From positions 660,001 to 692,000 of the forward strand of contig NC_000918.1 in the NCBI RefSeq assembly GCF_000008625.1: 32,000 nt of DNA. Reading direction: 5' to 3'. The notes below the pieces were generated by a model. The model was not told the origin of the DNA and searched no databases. It worked only from the letters and a program-made list of their open reading frames with translations. Both the position numbers and the translations under genes were made by a program. Below are positions 12,190 to 24,684 of the stretch, piece after piece (position 1 is the stretch's first letter; the number at the start of each line of letters is the position of its first letter). This DNA is from Aquifex aeolicus VF5. Lineage in GTDB: Bacteria > Aquificota > Aquificia > Aquificales > Aquificaceae.

Positions 12190-13695
12190 ATGATTTTAAT
12201 TATGCAGAAAAAGAACTTATGGCTTCACCTTCTTGGACTGGTAATCCTTACGCTCCTCTCTGCTTACGCGGTTGTAAAGTACCCTATAAACCTCGGTTTA
12301 GACCTCAAAGGCGGTGTTGAATTCCTGCTCGAACCGGATTTTAGTGTTGCAATAGAGAGAGAGTATGAAGACCTCGCGAGAAATTTAAGGGAAAAATTAT
12401 CAAAGTTTAACGTTCTTGAAGTTTATGCAACGAAAGAGGGCGTAATAATAGAGTTACTCGATAAAAAAGAGGTAGAAAACATAAAGAAAGTTATTCAGGA
12501 TATAAACCCTAATGTAATTTTTGAAGAAGAAGGCGATAAACTCGTAGTTAAGTTTACACAAAAGTATGTTGAACAGTTAAAGGAAGACATAGTAAGGCAG
12601 AGTATAGAAATCATCAGGGACAGGATAGACAAGCTCGGAGTGACTCAGCCCGTAGTCACGAGAGTCGGAAAGTACAGAATTTTGGTGGACCTTCCAGGAT
12701 TTTTGGACGTTGAAAGGGCTAAGAAGATAATAGGCAGTACCGCTTCCCTGGAGCTAAAACTCGTAATAGATGTGTCAACCGATAGAAAAGAACTCGAGAA
12801 GAAGTTAACACCCGATAGGGAAATACTTCCGTCCAGAGATGGAAGGGAGTGGTTTCTCGTGGAAAAGGCACCTGTTATAACGGGGCAGGACTTGAAAACC
12901 GCCTACGTCGGCGTTGATAACCTCGGACAACCTGCGGTGAACTTTGAACTTAAAGGAGAGGCTGCGGAGAAGTTCGGAAAGTTTACAGAACAAAATATAG
13001 GAAAGAGACTCGCCATAGTTCTGGATAGAAAGGTTGTCTCCGCACCCGTGATAAGGAGTAAGATTTCGGACAGAGGACAAATAACCGGAAACTTCACGGC
13101 TCAGGAGGCGAGAGACCTCGCCCTCATACTAAGGACTGGCAGCCTCCCCTCACCCCTCAAGTTCCTTCAGGAAAAGATAGTTGGGCCTTCTCTCGGAAAG
13201 GACGCAATAGAGCAGGGGATAAAGGCGGGCATTTTAGCGATAATACTTCTTGCCGTGGTTCTGATAGCACGCTACAAAACTGCCGGAATTACCGCAAACA
13301 TTTCCATATTCCTGAACGTCCTTTTCCTCCTTGCGAGCATGGCTTTCCTCGGGGCTACCCTCACCCTCCCGGGTATAGCGGGGATAATCCTGAACATGGG
13401 TATAGCCGTGGACTCAAACGTCCTCATCTTTGAAAGGGTAAAAGAGGAACTGAGACTGGGAAACACCGTTTCAAAAGCTATAGAACTTGGGTTCAAGAGA
13501 ACTTTAAGTGCGGTTTGGGACACACACGTTACGCTTCTTGTAGCTTCCGTTATACTCTTTCAATTTGGGAGCGGTCCCGTAAAAGGTTTTGCAACGACTC
13601 TTGCCCTAGGAACTATAGCTAGTTTTATATCAAACGTCTACTACGCAAAGGTGTTTTTAGATTTGCTTAACTCCCTAAAAATCCTAAAAATATGA
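12190..13695 (+). CDS. secD: Protein translocase subunit SecD
   Basis: 501 aa; LGLDLKGGVEFLLE, PVTRVGKYRILVDLPGF, SLPSPLKFLQEKIVGPSLGKDAI, GMAVDSNVLIFERVKEELR-like (GIAVDSNVLIFERVKEEL). ATG at 12202 is an alternative start. Confidence 0.96.
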   Translation: MILIMQKKNLWLHLLGLVILTLLSAYAVVKYPINLGLDLKGGVEFLLEPDFSVAIEREYEDLARNLREKLSKFNVLEVYATKEGVIIELLDKKEVENIKKVIQDINPNVIFEEEGDKLVVKFTQKYVEQLKEDIVRQSIEIIRDRIDKLGVTQPVVTRVGKYRILVDLPGFLDVERAKKIIGSTASLELKLVIDVSTDRKELEKKLTPDREILPSRDGREWFLVEKAPVITGQDLKTAYVGVDNLGQPAVNFELKGEAAEKFGKFTEQNIGKRLAIVLDRKVVSAPVIRSKISDRGQITGNFTAQEARDLALILRTGSLPSPLKFLQEKIVGPSLGKDAIEQGIKAGILAIILLAVVLIARYKTAGITANISIFLNVLFLLASMAFLGATLTLPGIAGIILNMGIAVDSNVLIFERVKEELRLGNTVSKAIELGFKRTLSAVWDTHVTLLVASVILFQFGSGPVKGFATTLALGTIASFISNVYYAKVFLDLLNSLKILKI

Positions 13696-13752
13696 AATTA
13701 ATCATTCTTTCCTTTTCCCTCAGGTTCTAACTTTTCCGTGGGAGGTGCGGTC

Positions 13753-14661
13753 ATGTTAAAAACGCTCTTTGTACTCCTGTTAATCATTAGCACAGCTTTT
13801 TCAATGACATTAAAGAAAGTTGAAGAAAACCTCTACATGGTGAGAGGAAACGATGGACTTCCTTCCAAGGAAAACAAAGGTTTTATCTCCAACGCCTACG
13901 CGGTTTTAACAGAAGAGGGATGGGTGGTTATAGACACCTTAACCACTCCCGAGCTCTCCGAGGAATTTCTGAACCTTCTTAAAAAGGTTTCAAACAAACC
14001 AGTAATTTACGCGATAGTAACTCACTACCACCTTGACCACTGGTACGGGGCAAAAACCTTCAAGGATAAAGGTGCTAAGGTAATAGCCCACGAAAAACTA
14101 AAAGAGTTCTACGATTCTGGCGAAGCCCTTCAAGTTCTGGAGGCTCAGAAGAAGAGGTTTAAGGGAGTGCTTGACAGTGTAGAGCTCGTACCTCCCGACG
14201 AAGTTGTAAAGGATAAAAAGGTTTTAAAAGTCGGTAAAGATGTATTTGAGATTTACGCAATGCCTCCCGCGCACACAAACTCCGACCTCGTAATTTACTG
14301 GAAGAACAGGAAAGTCCTTTTTGTAGGGGACCTCGTTTACATAAACAGGATTCCCTTTATGGGGGACAGGAACGCGAGTTCCAAAGGGTGGTTAGAGGTT
14401 CTGGAAAGATTAAAAGAGTTTGACGCGAGAATGCTCCTCGGTGGGCACAACTATCCCATGAATAAGGATGCGATAGACTGGACCTACAACTACATAAAGT
14501 TCGTGAGAGACACGGTAAAGAAGCTAAAAGACGAGGGCTACTTCATAGACGAGATAAAGGAGGCGTTTAAAGGAAACCCGTACGAAAAAGTTAAAATGTA
14601 TGAAGTTTTTCACAACACAAACGTGTGGAAGGTTTACAACGAACTTGATTTAGAACTTTGA
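13753..14661 (+). CDS. Secreted MBL-fold (metallo-beta-lactamase-like) hydrolase
   Basis: ATG 13753 after GGAGGTG; signal peptide MLKTLFVLLLIISTAFS; Zn motif THYHLDHWYG, later GGHNYPM. Confidence 0.88.
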   Translation: MLKTLFVLLLIISTAFSMTLKKVEENLYMVRGNDGLPSKENKGFISNAYAVLTEEGWVVIDTLTTPELSEEFLNLLKKVSNKPVIYAIVTHYHLDHWYGAKTFKDKGAKVIAHEKLKEFYDSGEALQVLEAQKKRFKGVLDSVELVPPDEVVKDKKVLKVGKDVFEIYAMPPAHTNSDLVIYWKNRKVLFVGDLVYINRIPFMGDRNASSKGWLEVLERLKEFDARMLLGGHNYPMNKDAIDWTYNYIKFVRDTVKKLKDEGYFIDEIKEAFKGNPYEKVKMYEVFHNTNVWKVYNELDLEL

Positions 14662-14672
14662 GGAGGCACGTT

Positions 14673-15671
14673 ATGGACAAAGTTGAGAGGAGACTTTACG
14701 AGCTTTACGAGAAGGCTATCAATTACGAGCCCTTATCCAAGGAGGAAGCCCTTTATATACTTGAGGTAGATGACATATACGTCCCCTTCCTCGTACACCT
14801 TGCCCAGAAGATAAAGAAACACTACTTTCCCGAAAACGAAGTGGAGTTTTGCTCCATAATAAACGCAAAGAGCGGAGCTTGTTCCGAGGACTGCAAGTTC
14901 TGTGCACAATCAAAGTACTACAAAACTCCCATAAATGTTTACAATCTCGTTCCCGTTGACGAGATGGTGGAAGGTGCGATAAGAGGTGTTGAGTTCGGTG
15001 CGAATAGGTACTGTATAGTTTTAAGTGGAAAGAGTGCAACCAAGGAGGAAGTTGAAAGGATAACTGAAGCAGTAAAGGAAATAAAAAATGAAGGACTCCC
15101 CATAAACGTGTGCGTGTCCGCGGGAACTCTGGACGAGGAAAGCCTTAAAAAACTAAAAGAGGCGGGAGTAAAGAGGATAAACCACAACCTAGAAACTTCT
15201 AGAAATTTCTTCAAGAACATAGTAACCACTCACACGTGGGAAGATAGGTATGAAACCATAAAGAGGATAAAAAAGGTAGGACTCTCAACATGCAGCGGTG
15301 GGATTTTTGGCATGGGAGAGAGTAACGAGGACAGAGTTGACATGGCCCTCACCTACAGGGAACTAGAGGTTGACTCCATACCCCTTAACTTCCTGATGCC
15401 CATAGAGGGCACTCCTATGGAAAACGCCCCCGGAGTTGAGGTTATGGAAGCCCTGAAAATTATTGCCATGTTCAGGTTCACTAACCCAAAGGCGGAACTC
15501 AGACTCTGCGGAGGAAGGGAACAAAACTTAAGAGATTTCCACGGAATGGCTACGCTCATGACCAACGCCATGATGGTTGGAGGATATCTCACGAGAGCGG
15601 GAAGGGACATAAAGAAGGATTATCAACTACTGAAAGATTTGAAAGCTAAAAGAAAAGTAAGCGTGGAGTAA
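14673..15671 (+). CDS. bioB: Biotin synthase
   Basis: Radical-SAM motif CSEDCKFCAQS; INVYNLV, NHNLETSRNFF, CSGGIFGMGE, NFLMPIEGTPM; ATG 14673 preceded by GAGGAGG. Confidence 0.96.
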   Translation: MDKVERRLYELYEKAINYEPLSKEEALYILEVDDIYVPFLVHLAQKIKKHYFPENEVEFCSIINAKSGACSEDCKFCAQSKYYKTPINVYNLVPVDEMVEGAIRGVEFGANRYCIVLSGKSATKEEVERITEAVKEIKNEGLPINVCVSAGTLDEESLKKLKEAGVKRINHNLETSRNFFKNIVTTHTWEDRYETIKRIKKVGLSTCSGGIFGMGESNEDRVDMALTYRELEVDSIPLNFLMPIEGTPMENAPGVEVMEALKIIAMFRFTNPKAELRLCGGREQNLRDFHGMATLMTNAMMVGGYLTRAGRDIKKDYQLLKDLKAKRKVSVE

Positions 15672-15749
15672 TATTCCCTTCTCCTTTCCCTTCTTTTCAC
15701 CTCAAAAATAAAAATTTTTCTCCTAAATTAATTCATAGGAGGAATTTAT

Positions 15750-16754
15750 ATGCCTTTGTGGGGAAGGTTCAGAATATCTTTCGACAGCTGGAAGATGATG
15801 TCACTCGATAACCATGTCCTTGAAGAGTCATCCGAGATAGGCGAAGTAAACGTAGAAACGAGTGAATGGAAACCTATAAATGGATGTATTCCTGAGGATT
15901 ATGACGAAGAAAATTTAAAGATTGCATTTATAGACGGTGTAAGAAGAACGGAAAACATCGTTTACCTTGAAGATCCAAACAGTGCAAGCGTTGTGGAAGG
16001 TGCCTTTGTTTCCATAGGCGCCGGTGCGATGGTTTTGTCCTACGGAAAGGTGAATTCCTTGGAAGACTCATTAAAAAAATCCGTCGTGAAAAGGTACTTC
16101 CTTTTAAGGGACAACGTGGACATCTCTCAACCCACTATCGTGTTCTTAACACAAACGGGAAAGCTTGAATTTAAGGTTGACAGGGCTAAAAAGGAACTCT
16201 CACCTTACGTCAACGAACTTATGGCTAATTTAGAACTCTGGGTAGCACAGCAGGTGTACAAGGCAAAAATGGCGGATTTGATGATAACCGACGGAACGCT
16301 CCACTACGTCGCAAAAGCCAAGAACCTTCCCTTTATAGGATACGTGAAGAAACACAGAAAGATTTACCTCTATCCTGAGCACATAAAGGTTTTACAAGAG
16401 CTCAAGGTCGGACAGAGAACTCCCATAATTCTCATACACTCCCAGCCTACCATGGACTCCCAAAACAAGAGCTTTGACAAGTACACGTGGTACGTGAAGT
16501 TAAACGAAAACGAGGGAATTACGAGCGTGGCCAGACTGGAAGTTCCCGCAGAACTCGGTTTAGAGGAAGCGGTAAAGCTTGCGAACTTAACAGCTTACTT
16601 GATGCCCAAATTCGCCTCTGCTGAGTTCAACGACAAGAGAGCACCTCAGAACTTAATCCCCATAAAGTACTTAGAAAATTACCTGAGGAGGAGACTCGGA
16701 AGCCAGTCCTTAATAAGGAGACTCATAGCCCAGAGGATTATGGAGAGAGTATGA
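15750..16754 (+). CDS. NurA-domain nuclease-like protein
   Basis: 334 aa; KIAFIDGVRRTENIVY resembles the NurA FVDGSRR metal motif; later LIILIHSQ-like and C-terminal YPLE/LIPIKYLENYL pattern; SD AGGAGG upstream. Confidence 0.65.
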   Translation: MPLWGRFRISFDSWKMMSLDNHVLEESSEIGEVNVETSEWKPINGCIPEDYDEENLKIAFIDGVRRTENIVYLEDPNSASVVEGAFVSIGAGAMVLSYGKVNSLEDSLKKSVVKRYFLLRDNVDISQPTIVFLTQTGKLEFKVDRAKKELSPYVNELMANLELWVAQQVYKAKMADLMITDGTLHYVAKAKNLPFIGYVKKHRKIYLYPEHIKVLQELKVGQRTPIILIHSQPTMDSQNKSFDKYTWYVKLNENEGITSVARLEVPAELGLEEAVKLANLTAYLMPKFASAEFNDKRAPQNLIPIKYLENYLRRRLGSQSLIRRLIAQRIMERV

Positions 16755-17188
16755 AGAGGGTTTTAGTAAGCAGGTGTCTCCTTGAGTGTTGCTACCGCTA
16801 CGATGCAAAAGACGTAAGGGTGGAAAACATAAAGGAATTACTCAAAAATTACGAAGTAATCCCTATTTGTCCAGAAGTTGAACTCTTAGGACTTCCCGTC
16901 CCGAGACCAAGACTAAAGCTCGTTCCAGTAAAAGGAGAGATAAGACTTTTAAAAGAAGACACGGGAGAGGATTTAACGGAAGTTCTGGAGAAAAAATCAA
17001 GGGAATTTCTCGAAAAGGTAAAACCCATACACGCGGCTTTTTTAAAATCAAAGTCTCCGAGTTGCGGAGTGAAAGACGCAAAGGTTTACAAGTGTCTAAA
17101 TTGCGAAGAAGAAGTGGGAAGGGAAAGCGGGATATTTGCAAAGGTTTTAATGGAAATGTTTCCGGATATACCGATAATTACCTTTTAA
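16751..17188 (+). CDS. DUF523-family protein
   Basis: 145 aa; MKRVLVSRCLLECCYRYDA, ICPEVELLGLPVPRP, FLKSKSPSCGV; 4-bp overlap with the preceding gene. Confidence 0.9.
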   Translation: MKRVLVSRCLLECCYRYDAKDVRVENIKELLKNYEVIPICPEVELLGLPVPRPRLKLVPVKGEIRLLKEDTGEDLTEVLEKKSREFLEKVKPIHAAFLKSKSPSCGVKDAKVYKCLNCEEEVGRESGIFAKVLMEMFPDIPIITF

Positions 17189-17787
17189 TCTCCCCAGAAG
17201 CGTTCCTCTTTCCAGGGGTCTCCTACGTGGTGATATCCCCTTACTTCCCAGTATCCGGGAACGAGATGGTCCAGAAACTCTATACCCCACACGTACTTTG
17301 CACTCTTCCACGCGTAAAGCTGAGGGACTACGAGTCTTAAGGGATAGCCGTGTCTTTTCGGAATTGGTTTTCCAAACATCTTGTAAGCCAGAATACTGTC
17401 TTCCTTTTCCAAGTACTCAACGGGCAGGTTCGTAGTATAACCTTCAAGGCAGTGTACGAGAACGTACTGTGCAGTAGGTTTTGGCTTTACTATTTCCAAA
17501 AGATCCTTCGTAAGCACACCTTCCCACACGATTTCTGGAACGCTCCAGCGCGTTACGCAGTGAAAGTCCGCAACCACTTCCGCGGAAGGGAGTTTTAAGA
17601 GCTCTTCGTAGGTCAGCTCTATGGGATTTTCAACCTCTCCCCAAACTTTGAACCTGTACTTCTCCATATCCCAGTCCGGAATATCGTCAACGATATCGTA
17701 AACTATGGGAGCCTTTATCCACTTTTGTCCCGGCGGGAGCCTATCCTCTTTCTTCTTTACTGTTGGGCTAATAATCCTCTTTTTCAT
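17185..17787 (-). CDS. Sulfite-oxidase-like molybdopterin-dependent oxidoreductase, apparently cytoplasmic
   Basis: 200 aa; DFHCVTRWSVPEIVWEGV, HCLEGYTTNLP, HGYPLRLVVPQLYAWKSAKYVWGIEF; no signal peptide. Confidence 0.88.
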   Translation of the reverse strand: MKKRIISPTVKKKEDRLPPGQKWIKAPIVYDIVDDIPDWDMEKYRFKVWGEVENPIELTYEELLKLPSAEVVADFHCVTRWSVPEIVWEGVLTKDLLEIVKPKPTAQYVLVHCLEGYTTNLPVEYLEKEDSILAYKMFGKPIPKRHGYPLRLVVPQLYAWKSAKYVWGIEFLDHLVPGYWEVRGYHHVGDPWKEERFWGD

Positions 17788-17862
17788 AACGATTAAAAGT
17801 ATTAGGCTATCCTTAAAAGATTTGTGTGAGATTTATCAAGGAAGAAAAATAACGATTTATGA

Positions 17863-21086
<3,224 letters not shown>

Positions 21087-21090
<4 letters not shown>

Positions 21091-22298
21091 AACTTTGCCC
21101 CAACTGAAAGCGTAAAGAGGTGAGCGCTTATATCCGAAAACTCTCCCTTTATCCTCTGGTTATCAACCTTTCTGCTGTCCTTTGCAAGGTATAGGTAAGA
21201 GAATCCTACTTCCCAGTTTTTCGTAAGGTTGTATATCCCTCCGAGGGAAAGAATCCATACGCTTTTGGGCTCCGGCAATTCAAACCCTAAGCTTTTTGAA
21301 GGTATCGGAGATTCACTGTACGCTATACCGAGCAGTCCCTTAAAGCTATCGCCAAATTTGTGCTGTAATCCGAACCTGTATGTGTTCACATCTTCCCAAT
21401 CCTTCTCTATGGGTTTTCCGAACTGGTTTTCTGCGACAGGATCCTTGTAATTGAAGTCGAGGTAGTCGTAGGAGGACCAGAACGTTCTCTCGAGAGTAAG
21501 CTCAAAGGTAGTGTTATTCCACACGTATGAACCTGAAATTCTCAATTCTGCCGGAAGAGGAACGCTGACATCTCCCGAAGTATTCACTCTATGTAATCCT
21601 ATATTTCCCTTCGCATCACCCTCTATATCCAAATCAACTTTTGACCTGTATACCGCGGATATGTTAAAGTTCTCAGTGGGCTTGAAAGTGAAGGAGAGGT
21701 AGTAACCGGGCTTTACATCTGTATCCCCATCAAGTTTTAAGTTGTAAACATTCGGATAATAGAGTTTCACTTTTCCGCTTGCGTAAACTCCCCTCAAACC
21801 TCCACCTACGGAGAACTTTTCGTTTACCCTGTACGACAGGGCAAAGTCAAGTTCGTAAACCTTTAGTGTAAACCTCTTAGCGTAGGCACTCACCGGAACA
21901 TCGTCCCACCTCTTGGAGAGACCTGCAGGTGTAACAAAGGAAATACCGAACCTGAAATTTTTAACCTCAGGGAATACCATGTGGAAGTACGGGACGAAGT
22001 GTGTTTCGTCCTCGGAACGCGTATCCACGTAAACGTAGCGTTTTTGAACAGGGTCAAGAACGTTTCCCTTAAACTTTATTTTGGGCAGATATATTAATCT
22101 GCTTCCCAGTTCAAAGTACCACCTGTCCTTCAGAAATGACATGTTTGCAGGGTTGAAGTGTACAGAATCGGCGTGCTCCACAGTTGAGGTGTAAGAAGCT
22201 GCGGTTCCAGTGGAACGAATGGACTGTTCAGGAACTCTATATCCAACCGCTAAGGAAATAGCCGGGATCAGAAGTGCAGAAAGGGCTAATCTTTTCAC
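21087..22298 (-). CDS. OMPP1/FadL/TodX-family outer membrane protein
   Basis: 403 aa; signal peptide; SIRSTGTAASYTSTVEHADSVHFNPANMSFL, YRSKVDLDIEGDA, VWNNTTFELTLERTFWSSYDYLDF, beta-strand C-terminus ending ...AHLFTLSVGAKF. Confidence 0.9.
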
Positions 22299-22301
22299 GC
22301 C

Positions 22302-22805
22302 TTACCTCCTTTCAATAATGATAACCGTTTGCGGAGTAAGTTCTCCGTTAACGAAACTCCCTTCCCCTACAAGTACACTCTTTACCTTTCCCGAAAACGG
22401 ACTTCTCACCTCCGTGTAATTTATCAATTTCTTTATCCTTTCCATTTCCGCTCTTACTTCCTCTATCTGGTACTCTAAAACCTTCAGCTCAGTCCTTTTA
22501 TCTTCGAGTACGCTTTCTGCAAGGAGGTCTCTGTTGAACATTTCCTCGTACCTTCTGTAGTACCTCTCCGCCTTTTTTCTCTTCTCTTCCAGTTCCATGA
22601 GTTTTGCCTCGAGGGCTTTGAGCTTCAGTGTGTAGAGTTCATCCGAGATTTTTAAAAGTTTTTGTGCCTTTTTAACCGTATCCCCTTCCTTTACGAATAC
22701 TTTTTGAACTTTTCCTTTTACTATTACGTTTACAGGAATCTCCTCTGAAAAGACGAAGCAAATCAGGAGAAGGAATATTAACGCAATCCAAGAACCTTTT
22801 CCCAC
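22302..22805 (-). CDS. Minimal HlyD/MFP-like periplasmic adaptor (lipoyl half-motifs flanking a coiled coil)
   Basis: 167 aa; signal peptide; KGKVQKVFVKEGDTVKKAQKLLKI, coiled coil ~70 aa, YTEVRSPFSGKVKSVLVGEGSFVNGELT. Confidence 0.8.
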   Translation of the reverse strand: MGKGSWIALIFLLLICFVFSEEIPVNVIVKGKVQKVFVKEGDTVKKAQKLLKISDELYTLKLKALEAKLMELEEKRKKAERYYRRYEEMFNRDLLAESVLEDKRTELKVLEYQIEEVRAEMERIKKLINYTEVRSPFSGKVKSVLVGEGSFVNGELTPQTVIIIERR

Positions 22806-23275
22806 GCCTCTACCATCTCCTCGTCTATATCAACGAGAATAACCTTCTCAAGACACTTTGGCTCAAACTTCCTTATCTCCTCAACCATAGCCCTTGCGGC
22901 AACTTCCTTTGGTACTCCGCCGACTCCCGTTCCCATACCCGGAATAGCTACAATTTTAAAACACTCTTTATCCGCAAGCTCGAGAGCAGCTCTCGTTGCC
23001 TTTCTTACCTTTTCCTCGGAGGAGGGCATGGCTGGTTCTTCCATAGTGGGAGCATGTATCACACCCTTGAACTTGAGTTTTCCTGCTGTAGTCAGGACAG
23101 CCGAACCAACGGGAATAGGAGCTTTTTCTACAGCTTCCCTTTCTATCTCCTCTCCACCAAGTCTTTTTATAACTACCGCTACTCCGCCCCCCATTAACCC
23201 TCTGCTGTTTGCAGGGTTAACGATTACATCGGCGTCAACTTCCGTAATACTTCCCTTTACGACTTTTATGTCCAT
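22778..23275 (-). CDS. Macro-domain (ADP-ribose-binding) protein
   Basis: 165 aa; ADVIVNPANSRGLMGGGVAVVIKRLGG, KGVIHAPTM, VAIPGMGTGVGGVP. Confidence 0.94.
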   Translation of the reverse strand: MDIKVVKGSITEVDADVIVNPANSRGLMGGGVAVVIKRLGGEEIEREAVEKAPIPVGSAVLTTAGKLKFKGVIHAPTMEEPAMPSSEEKVRKATRAALELADKECFKIVAIPGMGTGVGGVPKEVAARAMVEEIRKFEPKCLEKVILVDIDEEMVEAWEKVLGLR

Positions 23276-23287
23276 AATGGAAAGATT

Positions 23288-23881
23288 TTAATCGAGAAGT
23301 TTCTTTACATCCTCCGCAATTAAGTTTGGTTTTTGTTTGCTTGCAGAGTATATGAGTTTTATTTTTCCGTCTTTGGTTATCAAATAGATAAGAGCTGAGT
23401 GGTTCACGAGATAATCATTACTGCCCTTTTGAGGGACTTTTTCGTAAAAGACTTTATAAGCCTTTGCGACTTCCTTTATCTCCTCGGGCGTTCCCGTGAG
23501 TCCCAAGAAGCTCTCGTCAAAGTACTTGGCGTATTGAGAAACAAGCTTCGGAGTATCCCTTTCCGGATCAACGCTGATAAAGACCACCTGAACCCTTTTC
23601 CTTTCATCCTCGTCGAGTTTTTTCATAGTGTTTTTGAGAACTTCCATGGCAGCCGGGCAAACGTCCGGACAGTGGGTGAAACCAAAGAACACGAGAACTA
23701 TGTCCTTTTCTTTGAGTATATCTTTAAGACATACTTCTTTAACCTTCCCGTTTTCTTCAGTCTTCAAGCAGAAGTTGTAAGCCGGTTTGTCGTAAAGTAT
23801 TCCGTTAAAGCTTTCCTTTTTTTGACAACCTAAGATGAGTAGAATATATAAAAGGATTAAGTAAAGGAACCTCAGGCTCAT
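23288..23881 (-). CDS. SCO1/SenC-family copper-binding lipoprotein
   Basis: 197 aa; lipobox LILGC; FFGFTHCPDVCPAAM, FISVDPERDTPKLV, VNHSALIYLI. Confidence 0.95.
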   Translation of the reverse strand: MSLRFLYLILLYILLILGCQKKESFNGILYDKPAYNFCLKTEENGKVKEVCLKDILKEKDIVLVFFGFTHCPDVCPAAMEVLKNTMKKLDEDERKRVQVVFISVDPERDTPKLVSQYAKYFDESFLGLTGTPEEIKEVAKAYKVFYEKVPQKGSNDYLVNHSALIYLITKDGKIKLIYSASKQKPNLIAEDVKKLLD

Positions 23882-24636
23882 CAGGGTATAGAATACATCT
23901 CCTGAGTCATGAGGTCAACACCGCACTCCAGATTTTCAACCCATTCTATGAACTTGTTTACCATGTCTTTTCCTTTGAATATCGCTCCGTGCTGAGGAGC
24001 TATTATTTCTATATCTAACTGCCTCACCATATTTGCCCAGAATCTGAGTACCTTGTTGGAAGCCATGTACCTCCTGTGGAAACCTTCCATATACTTTACG
24101 TGTTCTTCGAAGTTCTCAACAATAGTGTAAGGCTGGTTCAGAGAAGCCCCTAAATCTCCGCTGAAGAGTATCTTTGAACAGGGGTCGTATAGCTGGAAGT
24201 TGCCGGGTGAGTGCATGAAGTGTGCGGGAAGTACTAAAAGTTCACACCCGTTTAAATTTACCCTTGTTCCTTTATCGTCTATCGGAATTACCCTTTCCTC
24301 GTACCTGCTTTCCAGTCCGAAGTGAGGTAAAAATCTGTACCAGAGTTTGGGAATTAAGGCTTCTGCGTTTGTCGTAAGGAGCCACCCGTTTATTCCTGCA
24401 ACTATATCGGGATCTTGGTGTGAGAGGAATATGTACTTTATCTGTTGAGGAGGAAGGTACTTAGATATATCGGATTTCAACTTTGCAAATACTTTATGTC
24501 CTCCCGGATCGAGGAGTATCCCCTCACCCTTGTGTATTATGAGGTATTGATTAGCTTCCACTGCGCTCGCAGGAGTGAGTTCTTCGAAAAGTACTACCTT
24601 ATGATCCTCGGTATCGTAAAGGATTTGCTCCGCCAT
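23881..24636 (-). CDS. MBL-fold, ODP/flavodiiron-like diiron protein
   Basis: 251 aa; FLSHQDPDIVAGI, LPAHFMHSPGNFQLYDP, LFSGDLGASL, APQHGAIFKG. Confidence 0.82.
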   Translation of the reverse strand: MAEQILYDTEDHKVVLFEELTPASAVEANQYLIIHKGEGILLDPGGHKVFAKLKSDISKYLPPQQIKYIFLSHQDPDIVAGINGWLLTTNAEALIPKLWYRFLPHFGLESRYEERVIPIDDKGTRVNLNGCELLVLPAHFMHSPGNFQLYDPCSKILFSGDLGASLNQPYTIVENFEEHVKYMEGFHRRYMASNKVLRFWANMVRQLDIEIIAPQHGAIFKGKDMVNKFIEWVENLECGVDLMTQEMYSIP

Positions 24637-24670
24637 AATTTATATGATAAAGCTCAAGAAAGGCAAATTG

Positions 24671-24676
24671 TAAAAT
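24671..24676 (+). promoter_or_regulatory. -10-like hexamer TAAAAT 8 nt upstream of trpS ATG
   Basis: AAATTGTAAAATAATTTCCCATGCG; no SD. Confidence 0.3.
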
Positions 24677-24684
24677 AATTTCCC

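Noticed and set aside
13738-13752. GTG 13738 as start of the secreted MBL protein
   Set aside because: The GGAGGTG at 13741-13747 lies inside this extension and is well spaced as SD for ATG 13753, which starts a clean signal peptide.
15672-15749. Possible intrinsic terminator or hairpin downstream of bioB (AAAAATTTTT and CCTA...TAGG)
   Set aside because: AT-only or 4-bp stems without a GC-rich stem and U-tract; insufficient for a terminator call.
17062-17340. Plus-strand ORF across the DUF523/oxidoreductase junction
   Set aside because: Overlaps two confident genes in other frames; translation has no recognisable features.
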